Source: Tubiluchus corallicola (Eukaryota; Animalia; Priapulida). From it: DNA of 64,000 bases. The notes under the pieces were generated by a model. The model saw only the letters and a list, made by a program, of their open reading frames with translations. It was not told the origin of the DNA and did not search any database. Made by a program: the position numbers and the translations under genes. Location of the stretch: positions 1 through 64,000 of the forward strand of contig JAQGDQ010000393.1 of the NCBI GenBank assembly GCA_030141605.1, in the 5' to 3' direction. Shown in pieces: positions 30,201 through 43,600 of the stretch; the first letter of the stretch is position 1; every line of letters begins with the position of its first letter.

Positions 30201-33200
30201 TCTTGTAAAAATGTTTCTACTTTTAAAGCTGTTGGCTTTCAGCATTTGGAAATAGCATAAAATACCACCTAAGTTGAAAATGTAACGAGTTACCAATAAC
30301 AAGATTTAAAGTTATTTAAACACGAAAACAGTAAAATTATAAGATCACGAATTCTTATTTTTATTTTGGCAGCCTACCTTCAACTTGAAGTTTCTTATAT
30401 GGACATCTCATATTTGCAGTGATAGAAAGATCAGCTGGATTGTAAACAACCTCGGCCACCCATTCTCTGTCCACTTGAGATCCGGGTGTGTTCAACGACA
30501 GTCTGCCTGTTCTTCTTACATACAATTTCTTATCGTTTTGAGACCGTACCTACATCAAAAATAACAAGTGTTAGTTTTAGACGTTAAAGATAAAAATTTA
30601 ATTTGACAAAACAAGTAAGCATGCAAAGATGGTAAATACAAAATTAAAAAAACATGGAGATAGAAATTACACAATAAAACGTTATTATAATCTTCTTCGT
30701 TAAATGAACACCTTTAAAAGGAATTTCACTAAAATTTCTGCAAAAAATATAATTTTAAAGTTTGTTAGATTTTAATAGTATGTCAACAATGATCAAAATC
30801 AGATGGTTTAACAATTCAATGGGTTCAATTTTAAAAATGTAATCAAACCAATGTGGACTAAACTAACAAAATATTCCCTCAGCTCAGTTAGTCATCGTCT
30901 GGTTTGAGGCACTGACTATTAAAACAAGAGGAAACCTTCACAAACCAGTTAACTACATTTGAACAATACCTTCTGTTTTTGCCAACGAGCCTCCACCTCA
31001 ACTGTTGATAGCGTGGGATCAGTTTTCAAAGCATATATTTTCATACTGCTAGTACCAGCCATTGGTGAGAAACCTTTAGAAGGAAGCGTTGCATAGCTTA
31101 GCTCACTACAAACTTGGTAGCCAAACATTTTTGAGACACTATTGCCAGTACACTTCTTAAAGTCCTTTGAAGAAGATCGTTGTTCTATTTCCTCACCATC
31201 TTCCACAATGTAAGCTTTAGATCTACAAAAAAATTGTGTATAAATCCAAAATTTCTTAATTACAGCAACAATTTCTTTCTTAATAAGCCTTTTCACAGTT
31301 TCATTGTGCACACGCACAGTTACTGTTGGTCATAGGTTAAGTGTACCACAGCAACGTGTTTTAAATACAACCGTCATGGTACAGCAAAGCCATCAGCCAC
31401 ATCAGTTCAGTGACTTCAGTTGTTTTACATGGACTTTACTTAATTAGTCTATGAGTAAAGTGATTTACTAGCAGGAACTTGCTTGGGAACAAGAAAAAAT
31501 GAACTAGGTAGGGTTCTAGCTGCTAAAGCTGTTACTATTACAATTGCATGATCTGCGAGACGTTGTCAAGTGTACACAAATGTGTTGTCTGGTACATTTA
31601 GCCTCTGACCTTTTCATAATCATCATCAATCGCTGGAACTCTGAAGAGGCTTGTTATGACAAGAATGATATACTCACATTAAACAGTATACAAATAATGC
31701 TTAGTATTTTCAGAGAACAATCCCAGAGGGACTGTCACCTGAATAACAACATTTGTTTTATGATACATCATTAAGCGCTTCAAATAATAAAATACTTATA
31801 TTATTAACGAATCACTTGAGCTTTAACTTGAGCTTGAACGTCACACTTGGCATTTATGAAAGTTATGTGAACTGATCAAGCAACAATCTTTTGATGAATT
31901 GTAGAATTTGCTAGAAACGTGTGCCTACTATGCAAATCCTACAGCCTAATTTTACTGTTTAATTCAGCATATCACGCAACATTGTATACATCAGCAAATC
32001 TATTTTACATCACTATAGTATTGTTTTGATAAATTGCAAAATTACAAAATTTGTGTACAATAACCATGAATATTATTAGTTGCCAATATGGTCTTTTTTA
32101 CAGTAACACAGAGTTTGCTCAGTCAATTGTGCAGCATATGAGTATCAAAAGTAAAGTCAAGTTAAGTTCGTAATCTACAAAAGACATACAGGTGTCACCA
32201 ACTTACGATCTATGCAACTTCAGACTGTTTGATTAATAAAACAAAACTGATAATAACTCTTATTTCCTTTTTTCTAAGCAATTTAATTTTAAATTGCCAA
32301 CCGTTTTGGTAAATTCATCCGTAGGCACCGCAAAACTTAGTGCGTGTATACACACAAAATCTTATGTGTAGATGCATGCTGCTTGAGCATACGGGTCTAA
32401 CTTGCATCCAAGTTATCATACGACCAATCCACTGGAACCGGTTGTGGTTGTAAGTCCACAACTACCTGTACCGAATTTATTTTCAATTATTTCTTAATGG
32501 CATTTTTCCCAACTTATAACTTCACTAATCAAAACTACTGCCATTATAACTTGAACTTTTCTACTACACACAAGGATGGTAAGCAATGAACAAACTTACT
32601 GAATATCCAGAAACTCCACTCTGTCCTGTGGAACATTAAGCACAGCAGAGAAAACCTCTCCATCCTGGATTTGCATCTTACCCTCCAAGATTGTGGATGA
32701 ATGTAACGTGGAAACTGATTTCAATCCAGAGCGGGTGACGAAATTTTCCACATGCATCATGCTACTGATTTCCACTGCTCCACTGTAAAATACAGACATT
32801 GAAGAACATACAGGAAAATATACTTTTCACAAATGCATGAATGTGAAAAAAATCGCAGGTTCAACTCCCAGTTGGGAGGTTGCGGGTTCAACTCCCGACC
32901 AAGTCATACCAAAGTTTTAAAAATGGTACCGCTGATTCTTTGACCAACCATAGAAGTAACATGCAGGCAATAATAATCAGAACGGTCTCACTCGGCGTGA
33001 GTCACAGCGAGTGTGGTGTAGTGTGCACATGCTTGGAAGAAAAAGTTTTGTACACTGAGCAAGATAATAATATCACAAAAACGTGGTTAAAATTATTTTA
33101 ATTCTTTTGACTTCGAATGATTAATAAAACAGTTAAACCATAAAAACCGTTTTATTTGCGATGTAACGAGCATGATATCGTCACAAGTGCTACACGTGGA

Positions 33201-36200
33201 GTATGTCCTAAACAGAATTATTACTATTATTATAACTGTCCTCTATTAATAATGGGACAAATCCATAATTTAATTAGAACAACAAGCCAATGTAACGTCG
33301 CTCAACTATGTACAGCTATGTCCATGACTTTAGAGCCAATTATCTGTAGAAAGCAGAATGTTTGCAAGGCAATGAAACTTTACAATAATCTAGTAGTTTA
33401 CCTGGGTTCAATGCGGCCATCAATGTCGAAACTTCTTGGTGAAGCAATGACCTTTCTCAGATCAAGTTTACCTCCCACTTTAAGGTCAACAGACAGTGAC
33501 CCATTTACAGCAAGATGAAGAGGAAACCCTACAGCAGTGGGTACACTAAATTCCGTCTCCAAAAACATGGTAGAAGTTGTCATTGATATGTCATGCTCCT
33601 ATAAATATTTACAACAACAAACAAATTTTAATGAAAAATTATTTAAAGGGACAAAATCTAACAATTTTTAGTTCTGGAAATATAAAGATAGATTCGAGTA
33701 CAAAAGCAATTAAAAAAATAATTATGATCAGGAATAGGAAAAAACATTCCTTTATTTCCGTTAAGGCCTAATACAGAATTGGTAACTAATTAACAGAAAA
33801 CATGATAAAAATTCTACAAGGACAATTTTATTTGATTTTCATTTAACTCTGTATTTCGAACTAAGTTAACAGAATACACAACATACAATACTTACAAAAG
33901 AAACAATACTATACCAGCCAATATAATCCTCCCCCAACATATACAAACAAAATAACAGTGCAAAAGACATAATAAAAAATACGATACTTCAAAGAAAGAA
34001 ACTGCATTTCAGTTCACTGCTGAGAACTAGCCTTAAGTGAAAGAAAAAAACGAAATGAAAATAAAAACGCTTATAGTTGACTTATTAATAAAAGGAAGTT
34101 ATCTAAGGTTCCTAATAAGCCTTCTCTTAATGTACAAAGCAGTTCACTTTATTTTCAAACACTTAGCTATTTGCTACTGTATAAGTTTCTTTTCTTCAGG
34201 TTAATGCAAAAAGCATTACATATTTAGCTTTTGTAAGTACATAAATAGTGTTTAAGTTGCTGAATCAATCTCTTTACTGGTCTGCTTATTCACTACCCAT
34301 TGGCTTCTGTTAACTACTTAATTAGTACCTAATAGGCTCTGCCTATATAAAATGGTTGCATGTTTGTAAATTTACCACTGGTGATGACAGCAGAAGTCTG
34401 TTGCAACGTTTGGCATGATTTCAACTTTTAACTTTTTAATGTAAAAGTCTTTAATAAAGTTGTGTAGTTTTTAACTAACAATGAAAATAAAAAAGTTCAC
34501 AATAAAAACACATTCATCAATTAAGCACAGAAGACGCACAACAGGAAAAGCACAAATCACAAGAGTAAAAAAACCGCAACAGTAACAAGAACACTAGATA
34601 GGTAGCAAGAAAGTGCATTTACTTATTCCCCAAAGCTGCAACAAACTATTTACAATCATATGATCTGATACTTACCTTAGAAGAGATTGAATAATTATGT
34701 CCTTACCTTTGCCAAATCAATGAGCAGCTGCGCCAAGTTAATGCTGCTGATTTTCTCATATAACTTATCCAGAGACCAGTAATTCATTTCATTCCCCATC
34801 ACCTTGTAATAAATGTCACCAGCAAGTTCCGTCTTTCTCTGGGTGTTGTACTGCAAACAGAGCAACAATAAGAAAATTAACTAGACGTTTCCAAACGGAC
34901 ATAAAAAATGAAAAGTCAATTTATTACTAATATGTCATAGTCTATGGCCATATCATGTTGAAAACACAGGTTCTCGTCTGATCACCGAAGTTAAGCAACG
35001 TAGAGCCTTGGTTAGTACTTGGATGGGTGACCACCTAGGAATACCAGGTGCTGTAGGCTTGCGGGATGCCCATACTGTATCTCGACACTAGGCGGAGGAG
35101 CTGCACAAGTAGCCAACGGCTAGAAGGGTAGAGGCGGTCAAGTGACCCAACGGCCATGTGTAGAGGAGTAAACCTTCCAAATCAGGAGTGGAGCCCCGAA
35201 GGCGGACCAGTGCAGCATGCTCACTGACTCCGGCAGCTCCTGCAGCCAACCTGGTGCCAAACGTATCGCTCCGCTTTCCTTTGGACTACACCAGGGAGGA
35301 AGAGAGGGGGTTCCTGTTGTCTGGGCAACTCAGGATCTCCATACATCTCGCCCAGGCGTGCGCCCTGGAGACGTTCAAGGATCGGACTGCTCAGCCACAA
35401 TCGACGCTGCAGCTCCATCAATGTGATCAATAACTGACTCTCTGCGCACACTCCATTGTCTTCCAAGACAGAAGGATGCCAACAACAAATATGTTATAAT
35501 TGAAAAAGGTAGAAGCTCGTACCATTTCATGGATTTCCTTAATTTTGTTGTCATTAATAGTCAGTTCATTTTCTCCCGGTTTATTGAGTTTTGAAGAAAG
35601 CAAGTCTTCTAGCAAAGTTTCCAGGCCCTCCACTCTGCCTCCAAGCTGAAACAAAAAAAATCAATAGTTGAGCAAGTTGCAGTAATTGACTGTGGCACAA
35701 AATTGGAAAGAAGAGCAAAATGAGTAGAGATAGTTCTTTTTTCAAGCAAGATGCATTTAATTAAAGTAAAGGCGAAGCCTTCTAGGAAGTTAAGCTGATT
35801 TCAATGTTTAGAAAAATATTAGAAAGCTTTAATAATAAAACTGAGATAAGTGTCTTGTGTAATTAGTAAAATCACAATAAAATCACGATCATTTCTCGCT
35901 TGGGCGCTCAGATTTTGAACACTCATTCTTCCACCAATGACATGGTTGAAATATATTCCTGTCAATTTCCATCAAAAGTATAAGTTTTTGCAAAAACTTA
36001 GGTAACTAATTTTGTGATATTTTTGCTTGAACAGCAGGTAAGCTGCAGATGCCTTAATTAGTTTAAGCAGCACGCTTACCAAAAGCCACAATGCAGTCAA
36101 AAAAATCAGAATGTCCATCAGTTATGTCAGAATTTTCAAGTGAAAGGCGCCAACCACCACGCCTGGAAATTTCTTTACAGCGGTAGCATAAAATAACTTT

Positions 36201-39200
36201 ACTGTTTAATAAGTCTTTATAGGCAATTTTTTGCAAATTTCTTTATTAAATTTTTCCAAGTATAACTGATAACAGTAAATTAATCCCAATATGCTAAGTG
36301 ATTGTCCTTTCTTTTTAATGAGAAATACTGTAACAGCCCTAAACAAAGCAGAAGCACTTACCTCAAAGATGTTTATTGAATTTCCAAATATGTCACAGGT
36401 AAGATTCACCATAGCGCTTCGAGGAATAAAAGAATCACTGCTAAAGATAACATTGGCTTCAGCAGATGCACCCGTGTTCAACATCTCCGAGAAAAATGAA
36501 CCTAAATGAATAAATGATTTAGCAGTGCTACATTACCATGACCTTGCAAATACGTGCACAGAAAAAAGCTTTATTTACAGTGGTGAGTCGTAGTTAAAAT
36601 TACTGGGGGTGCCGCTTCAGAAAATTTTTAGCCATTGTTTTAATATTGAGTAAAATCAAACAAATATATTTTGCTCACAAATAGCCTAAATTGTCGCAGT
36701 TCAAGAATATGCCAGTACTCGGTTTTTAAGTACGTGACAACTGACAACGAACTGTGTGAGCTACGGTAGTTTCTCTACCTAGCAGCAGACGCTAGCAATG
36801 TAGCATGTTATCTTAGACATGTGCGCATGGCCTCACGCACACAACAGCCAAACACACCATGAAGCAAACAGTACTACCCTGAAGTGCTCTGGTTCTGTAC
36901 AAATATCAAGAAAGAACTAAAGAAAAAAAGACTTATAATATTGAATATTATCAATAACATTGAGTGAAAATAGGTGGTGCTGCAGTTCCACAGTACCCAT
37001 ACACAAGCCACCACTGTTTGCTTACTAAACTATATTGTTCAGTCGATGAGTTATTAAAGTACCTTCATAGTTCCTAGAGAATTTTCGTGCATCCGTGTTG
37101 AACGTCACGCTGAGATCATGATCTTCAATGATCTCCCTGATGGAATTACGTAACGGAGAACTTGTCTCTTGCAGGTTAGTCAGATGAGTCCATACAAAAG
37201 AACCAACTAAAAACAACAGAAACAAACATAAACATGTTTCTTCATTTTTCATTTAACTGTTGTTAGTGCTTTATGACATCTGAAATATTTAGAGCCCAGA
37301 GCCGCGCTGTTTCAGCTGAGCTCCAGCTGCTCAGTCACGGGAGCCGACATTTTTGTGGGCTGCAAAAATTTTTGCTATTGCAAAAATCACGTGATACTAC
37401 AAATCACAGGTTGAAATATGGCAAGCACAATGCAGATTTGAGTTCAGATTGTGCGTGTGCTGGCAGAGATACTGAACTTTAGAAATTTTTGAACGAGAAA
37501 GCTGGTCAATTCAAAATTAAATACACAAATAGGCAATGTTAGTCACATGTGTGAGATCAGTTTTGGTATTGATTTGTTGGTAATCTAGATAAGCCTCGCC
37601 AAGAGTTGGATTTAAATTATATTTGCAATAAATCCATTTTATAATAGTAAAAAATTGATCTCTAATGCATTATTTTAATATGTACATCAGCTTTTTTCAT
37701 GTATAACCAACACAAATTGTTTAAATTTGTCTCTCTAATATAACAGTTAACTAACAATTTATCTTTTATTTAGTTAACAAAAATTCGCAACTTCAGGTGA
37801 CTTAGCTGATTTTTTATTTATGCCAACTCAACTGAAAAGCAGTCAACTTCAGCCGAGCTAGCTGATTTACTGTGAGTAATCTGACTCAGCTTCGGCCTCT
37901 ACTAATCTCTTGTCAACGCATGTCATTTGGCTACCACTATATAAAACTACTTTTTAAAATTCTAAGCAAATCTGCCATGTCAATTACACTAGAATTAACT
38001 ACTGTAATAAAGATTTTGAATTTGTAATGAGAAAATTAACTCTGACTTCAAAGCCTGGTCTTTCTCACCTTGGTTAACTTTCTCTTCGATCAACTGTCTT
38101 TTTATTTGGTCAATAACAGATGGCGTAGCACACTTCATGACACCTAAGTAGGCAGCTATTCTCAACTCTTCACCAGCAGTCGTGTCCTTATAAAGTGTCA
38201 TCATTTGCTCTCGCTACAAAATCAATACACCAAGTGATACGTAATGAATGGTAGTAAATAGCAAAAACTAAATAAATTCAAAAACATAGAGATGAGATAT
38301 GAAAAGTATAAAAAACTGAAGCACTTAGCTTCTTGAATGTGTGTTTACAGACAAAGAAAACATATTATATAGATCTAGTAAATAGCAAAAACTAAATAAA
38401 TTCAAAAACATAGAGTTGAGATATGAAAAGTACAAAAAACTGAAGTGCTTAGCTTCTTGAATGTATGTTTTACAGACAAAGAAAACATATTATATAGATC
38501 TGCTTTGCAGACAACAACCAGACTGTCAATGACGGTGTAGGTCCCCTGACGAAAAATCCCTTAATATTATGTAAAATGGTGGTGACCCTGCAAGGGGCAA
38601 AATTTTTTAGTGTCATACCCATCTCACCCCAAGCTTTAATTTGTTATATTACTCCATATGATTGAGACATTCACTGTTAATGACCTTTGGGTGACCCTGA
38701 GTGGGACAAAATTTTGGCAGTATCAAAAACTCTAGCGTTACAATGTTTTCTGTATGTTGCATCTGTTTGGCCTCAAAACTGCCAAAGAATATGTACTTTA
38801 TCTGTTTTGGAAGAAATGATCATGTTTACACCCTAGCAACTGCCAAATTAAGACAATGTACACCATAGCCACTGCTGAATTTTTGAAAGGTCATATAATT
38901 TAGTGTCCAAAATTGCTATAAAAACAATTTGTTTATCGCATACATCACGTAGATTTTTAGCAAAATGTCCAAAATCCCACATAACTTGAGCATTCATGAC
39001 TTTTTAATCCTGGCTCATTCATTGTTACACATGACATGCACCTTAAGCCAAGGCTGCTGTACGCCAAAAGTTTACGACCTGAGACAAATGGTTTTGGCTA
39101 ATTACAGAAAATTAAGTCAACTGTGGACGACGCTCAACAGATGACGCATGACGGCAATAGGTCCCCTTGCTGATTAAAGGGGACCTAAAAGTAACGTTTA

Positions 39201-40559
39201 GCGCTTATTCATCAGGTAATATTTAGTCTAGTCTACAATGGTCGTTGAAACCTTATTCATGTACCACTTAAAACACAGAGATCACTGTAGGTTAAGTAGC
39301 ACTTGGTCCGTTAATGCCTTTAAGATATGCCAACGGCTGTCGTAACTAATGATACCTAAGTAGTAAATGCAAGTATGAAATACAGCCAGAGACTTCAAAG
39401 TTAGTGAGACGAGGAAAGTAATAGGACATCATTTTGTTTTTGTAGGGGAAGATTCAGTTTTTTAGAGATTTAATTTAGAAATGAATAATACATAAATAAG
39501 ACTGTTCTTGCCACTACGCAATCAAGTTTACGATTGTGAGTAATTAATACAATTAAGCATAATTTATACAGCAGTTTGTAACATCCATCTTTAATGAAAA
39601 TCGAACAATTGTTTAGACTCAATCTCATTTTAATTTACTGTCCAAAATATAAATTTTCTTGCCTATAAAAGTTAGCAATTGTTTCTTATATTTGAATAAA
39701 CAGCTTAGAAAATTGATTAACGGCAACTAAATACAGCTATTGCTTATGTTCAGAAACTAACCACAGCTTGTGCAATCGCAGGCATCTTCCCTTGCGCGTC
39801 AAGCACGCTTGCGTAAGCGTTACTGCTTAAACGCGTGACATCACAAATGGTCTCTATGTCATATGACGTCAGAAACTAACACAGCAGCTTATGATCATGG
39901 TTATCACGGTACACCTTCTATTTCTCGGCCACACTCATGTGACAAACGTGCCGTTGCCAATCTTAGTAGCTTTGAAAGTTTAACAAAATTTGAGTATCCG
40001 AGGTAATTATCATTTAATCTAAGCTTTGATTTAAAAAAAGCTATTGTAGTTGTCAATATTTTACAGCACTCTTTATTCTTAACTAATGTTTACACAATCG
40101 TCCTGTTTTCCTTTAAGTTCTATTTTGCTTACATTATGTTGGCATGGTATCCTACGGAATGCATTAATAGCTGCTAGTCTTATCTCAATTGAATTGTCAG
40201 TATCACTGTAACATCCGTGTAATGTATCCTCTGACCCGAAGAACAGCCCAGCATTTCCCAAAGCTTTCAAAGACATAATAATCTGTAAAATAAGAAGTTA
40301 TATGTGAAAAAAACTGCATACAGAAAGTTCACTAAGATTTTTTTGTCAATTCACCAAACTATTTGAGTACCTTTTTTTCAGTACATTGGTAATTTTTCTA
40401 AACTCAATACCAAGTATAAAACTTTTAAAATATATGAACAAAATACGATTGCATTAAAAAAACGTTACAGACCTTTCTACAGCCATTTTGAAGCAATATA
40501 CATATAATTTTTTAAATATGACTGCACATAAATAATAATAATAATAATAATAATAGAAA

Positions 40560-40600
<41 letters not shown>

Positions 40601-43600
40601 ATAATAATAATAATAATAATAATAATTGTACAACATTATGGCCATACTTGTGTTCCATAATCAAGCATAACATGACAATTATGTTCAAATTTTGTTTCAA
40701 AACTAGTTTTCTAGACTTAGGCTTTGCCTAAACATTTAAAATAATAACAGTTTGTTAAAATCCGTTTTTTTGTTCAGCTCCTCACAGCAAGTAATTACTC
40801 ACCCTTTCCTTTTCACTTTCGTCTCGAGACCGGCACTTGAAGCGCAAATTGTTCTCCAAGGCAGTAATAATATTTCTGACCTCGGCCACATCGGCGCAGT
40901 TTGGTTCTTTTCTACAGAAATTGTGCACCATTGTGCCGACAACCAAAAACTTACGATTGTCTGATGGCTGCTGCTCTAGAAGTGCCTGTAAATACAACCA
41001 GCGGTCAATAATAGCATCACAAATACTAAACTCATGCATTGATGAATAAAGTTTTGGAAATTGTTTACAATCCCCACACATTATAAATATCCTAACCCTA
41101 ACCTTAACCCAAACCCTAACCCTAAACCTACCTTAACCCTAACACTAACCGTACCTTAATCCTAACCCTACCTTAACCCTAACCCTAAACCTACCTTAAC
41201 CCTAACCCTAACCCTACCCTAACCCTAAATCTACCTTAACCCTACCTTAACCCTAACCCTAAACCTACCTTAACCCTAACCCTAACCCTACCCTAACCCT
41301 AACCCTAAATCTACCTTAACCCTAACCCTACCTTAACCCTAACCCTAAACCTACCTTAACCCTAACCCTAACCCTACCTTAACCCTAACCCTAAATCTAC
41401 CTTAACCCTAACCCTAATTACAACATTAACTTAAATCCTAATCCATTTCTGCTATCTATGTATTGTTCTGTCTTTGCAAACCGACCATTCAGTCCTACAT
41501 GAATAGTGCAGTCATACTGAGCCGATGCCACAGTTTATTACCCTAATCCCTTGACACATGGCAAAAGTATATTACGAATCTGGTGTGCCATTCGGGCATG
41601 ATTTGGGGTGAACTCTATAGTCGTTTGCTCACTGAAGGTCAGTTCCTATATTAAGCTTCAGTTGTTTTTATGGAAGACGTTCTCAGAAGTTTTGAGCTTA
41701 TTCACTGATATATCAACAATTTGTTGTGTGAACTTTATTCGCGATATTCATTTTTTCTGTTAATTCTTACTCTAAACACCCCCAGATGTAGAACAACTGC
41801 TTATAAATCGAGTTTTTTCTCCTGAGCTTCTTTCCTGCGGATTTCTCTATGAGAAAGCTGTTTCCATGAAAACTATAACATTCAAATCGATAAAAATATC
41901 AACAGGTATTTCTATCTCTAGCAAATCAGCGATAAAAATTCTATTTCTCTGTACATGTAATCATATTTTCACCTTCTTACTATAGTTCCTACTTTCATTG
42001 GGCAATGGCATTGTTTCTGGTAATTTCGAGTAATTTTTTGTATGTAAAAACAGTGAGGAGAAGGTTTGTAAAGTTCAGTTTCAGCATACCATCACTTCAT
42101 GGAGCATTTCAGAATTCGGTTTCGGGATGTTTAGTGCCATGCTTGCTATCCATGCATCCTTCTCAATAACAGCTAGATCTTCAGAGTCAAGAAGTTCTAC
42201 CATCAGGGAAACGGAAGCACTTGTACCAATCAACGGCAATGAATCTTGGAAAAATTTCCTTTAAGAAAGGTAATTCAATGCTATTTTAACATCCTTTATT
42301 TTGGAGACTTGTACACAAAAGTATGAATACAAATATAGTGAAAATTGATGAGTGGTGTTGTGTATCTTAAATAAAAATAAAGGAGCCAATCACAACAAGG
42401 TTTATAAGTATCAAAGATATTTTGGGAAACACCTGCTCCTTTCATCAACTTCACCAAAATTGATCAAATAAAATTCCAGAATGTTTTTTTGCATCTACTC
42501 TGTTTAAATTGCAAAATTACATTCTGCAGGGAGGAGTCCAAAACATCTTTAATATTAATAAAAATTGTTTTCATCATCTCTTTAAATTATTAAAATTGTA
42601 GGAACATGATATTTCCAGCTAGTTTCAATTGTTTATAATGACGTACATATTGCAAAATGCACTTCTTCCGCATCAACAGCTATGAATGAACCATTAACTT
42701 GTAACACAATTTACTTTGTTTTCTCCTGGTTTTCTGGACAGATCTTCCCATTGTCTATCCTTCTATCCAGGGCTTTTAATGAGCGCTCATTCAGCTTCCG
42801 CAGTTCGTAGACCAACCGCGTAAACTGATGTGGAATGTCTGGTCTGATATCCGTCATAGACAGAACGCAAATCTCCGTTAGAATACGTGCGGCTGGAATA
42901 ATGTTCTCCTCTTCATTTTCTTCATTTGTCTCGTGTTTGTAGTTTAATGAAAACTTGTCAGGTCTGGCACCTATAAAAAGTCTGACATGTTTTTCAAAAG
43001 CATAATCAATGGTCATTAAACTATAGCTGAATAACAGTCATTTAGCAGTTCAATTATAGCACAAGAAATGATATTTTTTCAGGTTTTTTAGCAGCACTGA
43101 GAGATAAAAAGCTGCTCTTCTGTTAACCTGTGGGCAGGTTAGGGTTTTAAAGAAACAAGTTTTGCATGTCTATACCACGGTCATATTAAACTGACAAAAT
43201 AGATTAGTTATTTTTTGTTTTACAAAAATGACAAATTTAAAAAGTAATAAATTTAAAATAATGAAAGGCATTTAATCAGAAAATTTCAAAGAAAAAGACA
43301 CAAATAAAAAGATAAATATCTGTTTTAGATTAAAAAACATCACTACTCATAAACCAATCAATGATTAATCAACAGTCACAAATTATTTCACGCTAAAGAA
43401 TGTAGTTGGCCTGTTTCTTAAGAAGAACACTTACTCATATCAGCAAAAGCATCAGTAGTATAAAATCGGCTATCTCTGTATGTCAAAGTCTGTCGTGCTG
43501 AAGTGGTTGCTCCTGAATCTCCCTGAGAAAATGGACGGAAAACGTGCGACTCCTCGCAAACTGCCTTTTGCATGTAGCCCTTCTTATGAATGGTCTGTTC

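Noticed and set aside
13982-31656. MITE targeting to 3' splice sites (five copies within about 20-60 bp of acceptors)
   Set aside because: Explained by insertion into short ancestral introns, where any site is near an exon; other copies are equally near donors.
34940-35060. Functional 5S rRNA gene
   Set aside because: Single copy, no oligo-T terminator, and the TSD encloses head plus body, so it is a SINE head.
35188-35466. Overlapping ORFs on both strands
   Set aside because: Chance open frames in the GC-rich SINE body.
41091-41417. True chromosome end
   Set aside because: Short, degenerate and flanked by in-phase exons of one gene.
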